Assembly (NCBI GenBank): GCA_964437705.1
Contig: CAYTHX010000008.1
Location: 7,590 to 71,589 of the forward strand
Direction: 5' to 3'
From: an uncultured Nitrososphaeria archaeon
Lineage (GTDB): Archaea; Thermoproteota; Nitrososphaeria; Geothermarchaeales; JDFR-13
Length of the DNA stretch: 64,000 nt
Shown here in pieces: positions 59,547-64,000 of the stretch. Within the stretch, counting starts at the first letter, position 1. The number at the start of each line of letters is the position of its first letter. The notes under the pieces were generated by a model, which was not told the origin of the DNA, ran no database searches, and saw only the letters and a list, made by a program, of their open reading frames with translations. Both the position numbers and the translations under genes were made by a program.

Positions 59547-62153
59547 TTATAATATGATGTAGGAGATAGTAGGTCCAGCGATATACGGCTTTTCACCAAT
59601 ATATTCTTCTTCAATAACCCTTGTTTCTACTCCCTTAAGGATTTTATATAGTGATTCGACCGCTCCAGGCCTAAATAATGGTCTATTATTATTTCCACAC
59701 TGATATGAATATGTACAGTTAGGGCAGCCATCAACCCTGTTACAATCGCAAGTTTTAACTATCTCATATGCTCTCTTAAATGCTTCATCAAGTTTTCTAA
59801 ATAGTAGGAGCGTCGCTCCAGAACCACCTGGACAACCATCATAGACAAATATAGTTCCTGATAATCCCATCGATACACCACCAACTTCTCTAGCGCCACT
59901 ACCAGTAAAAATATCACTACTTTCTATCAATATATGTTCAACTGCATGGTACGTTCCAGCAATAGCCTCAATCTCCTCTACCTCGAATTCATATATAACA
60001 TCACCTGGATCCGGAGCTTTAAATACAAAACCTAAAGTTTCAAAGCTATATTCTAAAGGTTCATCTAATGAATACCTACCTTCAACTTCACCAGAATAAA
60101 TATTCTTAAGTATGTATCCCTCAACAACCTCTTTAATCCTCAATTTACAATATAAAACCTCAACTCCATATACAATCTTTCTCTCTAAGATGTCTAATAC
60201 CTCTGGCTGAGCATACCTTATAGCATCTGTCTTATACTGATGATCCCTTGGTAATGGTTCAACTTGAGAAACTCCTAGTCCAGATCTAATTATTTTCAGC
60301 GACTTAGATTGATATTTATATCCACCATGTAAGTACACAGCTCCTGGAAATAATTCTCTTAATGCCATTGGTAGTTCACGTTCACCGATGACTTTATCAC
60401 CTAAGTATATCCTAACTATATCCCCAATACCCCTAATGTTATATCTCTTAACGATTTTCCTAGCGATTGGACGTGGATAATATATGTTATCCTTAATATA
60501 AAGTATTTTTTCCTTAACGAGATCGTCTAAAATATCTTTATACTCCCGGAAATCGTCTAGCTTTAGCGGCTCATCTAATGAAGCAGCGATTAGTTGATAC
60601 TTAGCTACAACAGGGTTTCTCGGCTCTACATATATAGGCTCTAAATACGCAAAGTATTTCTCAGGATTTTTCTTGTAGTATGCACTAATAGGATCTCCAT
60701 TTCTTAGAACTAAAACACTTACTGCTTCTTGACCTCTTCTACCAGCTCTACCAGCTCTCTGTAGAAATCTAGATAAGCCTATCGGTAATGTTATAACAGC
60801 ATCTAAATCCCCAATATCAATTCCTAATTCTAAGGTTGATGTAGCTGAAATTACCATTAAACCTCCTCTTCTAAACTCAGCCTCGATGCGTCTCCTAAAC
60901 TCTTTACGTAAACCTGCTCTATGAACATGGCACCTAATACCGCTTCTATCAAGTATCTGTTTTATAATCTCAGCTTCAGAATGGCTATTTGAAAATACTA
61001 ATGTCTTAAATCCAGATTTAACTAATTTAGATACAATATCTGATATAGCGGCATGATGAGTCCTTAAAGATGGATAAAGCATTATAAAGTGCATTCTACC
61101 ACGTTTTCCCTTTTTACACTCAACAACCTCTACATCTCTATCAAATAGCGCTTCAGCGAATTCTTTTGGATTAGCAATTGTAGCTGAACTACCAATTAAT
61201 TGTACTTTACCACATAATCTCTGTAGACGCTTAAGTATAAAGTAGACATTTGAGCCGAATGCTCCTGTATACTCATGTAGTTCATCAACAACAACATACT
61301 TTACAGATTTTAGATGATACGTCAATTCTGTTCTATGACTTAAGTGGTAATGTAATATATCGAAGTTTGTAATTAAAATATCTGGTGGATCAGAATATAT
61401 CTTCTCCCTTTCACTCGTACTTGTATCACCATCAAAGACCTCTACAGTAACGCCTACATACGAACCCATCCTTTTAAGCTTCAGCAATTGATCCCTACTT
61501 AAGCTCTTAGTTGGATATATAAATAATGCTTTTACACCACGCTTCATATGAGTAACTAGAGGATAAAATGAAACACCCTTTTCAGAAGCTATTAAATGCA
61601 TAATCGGAACAGCAAATGCTTCAGTTTTACCATTACCAGTAGGTGCAACAATAACAATATCCTTACCATCAAGAATCTTCTTTATCGCCTCCTCCTGAAA
61701 TTTGTATAACCTAGTAATTCCTGCACTTTTCAAAGCTTCTTTTAAGTCATCATGGACATTTAAATTATCAACTGTACAGCCATATTCTGCATCAGTAGCC
61801 TCAAAAAGCCTATACAAAGCTATATAATCCTTTTCACTAAACAAAATATCACGAACTACGTCGGGCAGGTCCTCTAAGTTTAAGCCATACCTCTTAACCA
61901 TATCCACAATTTCACTCGGATCTCTTAATAATCCAGAAGATATAAGCTCACTCTTTAACTCTTTAATATCTTTAGCTAAACCTACATCATAGGCATCAAG
62001 AAATAAATAATATGCTACCAACCTATCCCTAACTCCAGCATCAAGTAAATATGACAATCCACAATTTTCACAAATAACAAAAAATCTAGTTGAATACTCA
62101 ATATTTGTTATCTTAACCTTACCACCACATCGAGGACAATCAAATGGCATCAA
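59547..62153 (-). CDS. DEAD/DEAH-box helicase with N-terminal zinc ribbon and C-terminal DUF1998 (MrfA/YprA/Hrq1-like) zinc-binding domain
   Basis: 868 aa; N-terminal CPRCGG…CENCG, motif I APTGNGKTEAF, motif II VVDELHEY, C-terminal CDCNRVDGCPNCTYSYQCGNNNRPL. Confidence 0.85.
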   Translation of the reverse strand: MMPFDCPRCGGKVKITNIEYSTRFFVICENCGLSYLLDAGVRDRLVAYYLFLDAYDVGLAKDIKELKSELISSGLLRDPSEIVDMVKRYGLNLEDLPDVVRDILFSEKDYIALYRLFEATDAEYGCTVDNLNVHDDLKEALKSAGITRLYKFQEEAIKKILDGKDIVIVAPTGNGKTEAFAVPIMHLIASEKGVSFYPLVTHMKRGVKALFIYPTKSLSRDQLLKLKRMGSYVGVTVEVFDGDTSTSEREKIYSDPPDILITNFDILHYHLSHRTELTYHLKSVKYVVVDELHEYTGAFGSNVYFILKRLQRLCGKVQLIGSSATIANPKEFAEALFDRDVEVVECKKGKRGRMHFIMLYPSLRTHHAAISDIVSKLVKSGFKTLVFSNSHSEAEIIKQILDRSGIRCHVHRAGLRKEFRRRIEAEFRRGGLMVISATSTLELGIDIGDLDAVITLPIGLSRFLQRAGRAGRRGQEAVSVLVLRNGDPISAYYKKNPEKYFAYLEPIYVEPRNPVVAKYQLIAASLDEPLKLDDFREYKDILDDLVKEKILYIKDNIYYPRPIARKIVKRYNIRGIGDIVRIYLGDKVIGERELPMALRELFPGAVYLHGGYKYQSKSLKIIRSGLGVSQVEPLPRDHQYKTDAIRYAQPEVLDILERKIVYGVEVLYCKLRIKEVVEGYILKNIYSGEVEGRYSLDEPLEYSFETLGFVFKAPDPGDVIYEFEVEEIEAIAGTYHAVEHILIESSDIFTGSGAREVGGVSMGLSGTIFVYDGCPGGSGATLLLFRKLDEAFKRAYEIVKTCDCNRVDGCPNCTYSYQCGNNNRPLFRPGAVESLYKILKGVETRVIEEEYIGEKPYIAGPTISYIIL

Positions 62154-62221
62154 TAAGAAGTTATCATATAAATAAAATAATTTTCTTCAATACCTATGCT
62201 AATAGTAATTATTAGAGGTTT

Positions 62222-62923
62222 ATGAGGATTCTTGCTATTATTAGGGGGTATTATGGAGAAAGAATCGTATCCAATATTTCTAAAAGAGCCAAGGACTGGG
62301 ATATAAGTTATCATAAGATAAATATTACTTTTCCAAGCGTGATTGATGATCCGGAGGAATATATCGATAAATTCTTTGACCTAGAGATCTCTGATGTAGA
62401 TTTATTGTTATATATGCCTGAGAATCAAAGTGCATATACACTACTACCAGAGTTTATGAGAAAGTTTAATTTAAAGAGGGCTATTGCTCCTGTCGATGAC
62501 TATAACTGGCTTCCACGGGGCTTAGAGAAGCAAATACTTGAGGAGGCAAAAACATATGGCTTAAAAATTATTTTTCCAAGACCATTTTGCTCACTTACTA
62601 AAGTTGGTGATAAAGTTATAGATAGTTTTACAAGGAAATTTGGATCGCCAAGATTTAGTATCAAAATTAAAGATGGTGTTGTAAAAAGCGTTAGAGTACT
62701 TAGAAACACTCCATGTGGATCAGCATATTTTGTATCAAGAAAAATACTCGGTTTAGGCGTTAAAGAGGCACCTAGCTACGCTGGACTATATACACAAACG
62801 TATCCATGTTTAGCTACCCACACTATAGACCCATTACTTAAAGAGGAAATGATACATTTATCAGCTTCAATAATGAAGGAAGCTGTAAACCTCGCTATTA
62901 AAAAATCACTAGAAAAAGTTTAA
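62222..62923 (+). CDS. Hypothetical protein (possibly DUF166-like), divergent from the helicase
   Basis: 233-aa ORF; no confident family. Confidence 0.35.
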   Translation: MRILAIIRGYYGERIVSNISKRAKDWDISYHKINITFPSVIDDPEEYIDKFFDLEISDVDLLLYMPENQSAYTLLPEFMRKFNLKRAIAPVDDYNWLPRGLEKQILEEAKTYGLKIIFPRPFCSLTKVGDKVIDSFTRKFGSPRFSIKIKDGVVKSVRVLRNTPCGSAYFVSRKILGLGVKEAPSYAGLYTQTYPCLATHTIDPLLKEEMIHLSASIMKEAVNLAIKKSLEKV

Positions 62924-63209
62924 AATCTCTATATCCTACAAAGGTGAATTTAAATAATCATTATCAGTAATGCAGAATTTTTAACTTAATAGATCGCTTA
63001 GAATACCTATCTATTTCACTGTTAGCTATGTTAATGTTAATGTGGTAGACTCATACTAACTTTATCTAGTTAGAGAGCGAATTTTTAGTTACTAAAACGA
63101 TATTCGGTCCCCTAATACTTGAGTGCTGTTCTTACTGCATAAACAATGATATGCATCTCTACTTGTAAGAATTAAAATAATTTAGTTATATTACTACTAT
63201 TCTTTTCAT

Positions 63210-63950
63210 TTGGCTATGTTTACTGAAGAAATAAACGAACTGTTCAGCTATGATGTACGTAAGGTTGATAAGTACTTTAAAAGGTTAGAAGTTAAATCTA
63301 TGGATATTATCAACTATCCAGCTATAATCAGGTTAGATGGCGTCAATTTTAGTAAGTATTTATCCAATTTTAATTCACCACGCGATATTCGTGTGCATAA
63401 AGCGCTTATATACGGTGCAGAGAAGTTGATAAGAACCTTTAATGCTATATGTGGGTATATTACTAGTGATGAGGTTAATATCTTATTGTCAAGATATATT
63501 CCATATTCATCTAGACACGAGAAAATAATTAGTATTTCCTCCGGAATATTATCATCAGCCGTTTCCATTAAGCTAGGTATTCCACTATACTTTGATGCTA
63601 GAATTATAGAAATCACCAATATAAATGATATAAAAGCTTATTTTCTATATAGGATGAAAATAGGCTTTAACAACTACATCTCTAAAGTCTATCACAATAT
63701 ATTTCCTGGTAGTAAAACCCCAGACTTAAAATATATGCTTCATAAACTAGCTTCAAAAAATATTAACCTTAGTAACATTCCTACATGGGAATATCTAGGT
63801 AGCTGTTTAGTTTGGGAAGAGTATATTAAAAATGGCTATAACCCTATTACAAAAAGGAGTGTTAAATCTAAGCGTAGAAAACTTGTAGTTTATGACGGTA
63901 GATATTGTATAAAATATTTTGGAATATTTTCAAAGTTTCTATGCACATGA
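63210..63950 (+). CDS. Thg1-like protein (tRNA-His guanylyltransferase family, 3'-5' nucleotidyltransferase)
   Basis: 246 aa; ..AIIRLDGVNFSKY..PRD.R..KAL…ICGYITSDEVNILL matches the Thg1 N-terminal catalytic region. Confidence 0.7.
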   Translation: MAMFTEEINELFSYDVRKVDKYFKRLEVKSMDIINYPAIIRLDGVNFSKYLSNFNSPRDIRVHKALIYGAEKLIRTFNAICGYITSDEVNILLSRYIPYSSRHEKIISISSGILSSAVSIKLGIPLYFDARIIEITNINDIKAYFLYRMKIGFNNYISKVYHNIFPGSKTPDLKYMLHKLASKNINLSNIPTWEYLGSCLVWEEYIKNGYNPITKRSVKSKRRKLVVYDGRYCIKYFGIFSKFLCT

Positions 63951-64000
63951 TATAAATTTCGTAGCTTTCTCAATTCCTTTCCTAACGATATCGGCACACT

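Overview
This is an AT-rich archaeal chromosome segment. The thermosome, the Sulfolobales-type CRISPR repeat ending in GAATTGAAAT and the abundance of HEPN/MNT and VapBC pairs all point to a crenarchaeon of the Sulfolobales. The first 9 kb hold a type I-A CRISPR-Cas locus, all on the minus strand. The interference genes are csa5, cas7/csa2 and cas5 followed by an unidentified cas ORF that runs off the window start. The adaptation genes are csa1, cas1, cas2 and cas4. A 38-repeat, 37-spacer array lies at 6412-8795, transcribed on the plus strand from a short leader shared with the csa1 promoter. From 8.8 kb to 19.3 kb there is a decaying toxin-antitoxin and accessory island. It contains a frameshifted vapC beside an intact antitoxin, a head-to-head VapC/VapB pair, a frameshifted MNT/HEPN pair next to an intact HEPN/MNT pair, and an ASCH-domain protein plus a PAPS-reductase-like PP-loop protein. 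The remainder is largely housekeeping: pstSCAB, an iron-sulfur flavoprotein, two Arch_ATPase paralogs, an isolated cas6 next to a truncated fumarase-like gene remnant, and acyl-CoA dehydrogenase. Further on are a ModE-like regulator with wtpABC, a NUDIX hydrolase, the thermosome, ADP-ribosylglycohydrolase, a TrmO-like protein, and a peptide-utilization cluster (dppABCDF, enolase-superfamily epimerase, class III aminotransferase, PLP decarboxylase, TatD-like). The window ends with two MBL hydrolases, a MoxR-DUF58 membrane operon, an 868-aa Zn-ribbon/DEAH/DUF1998 helicase and a Thg1-like protein. No tRNA, rRNA, transposase or integrase was recognised. All calls rest on reading the provided translations and the raw sequence for family motifs; no database search was possible.
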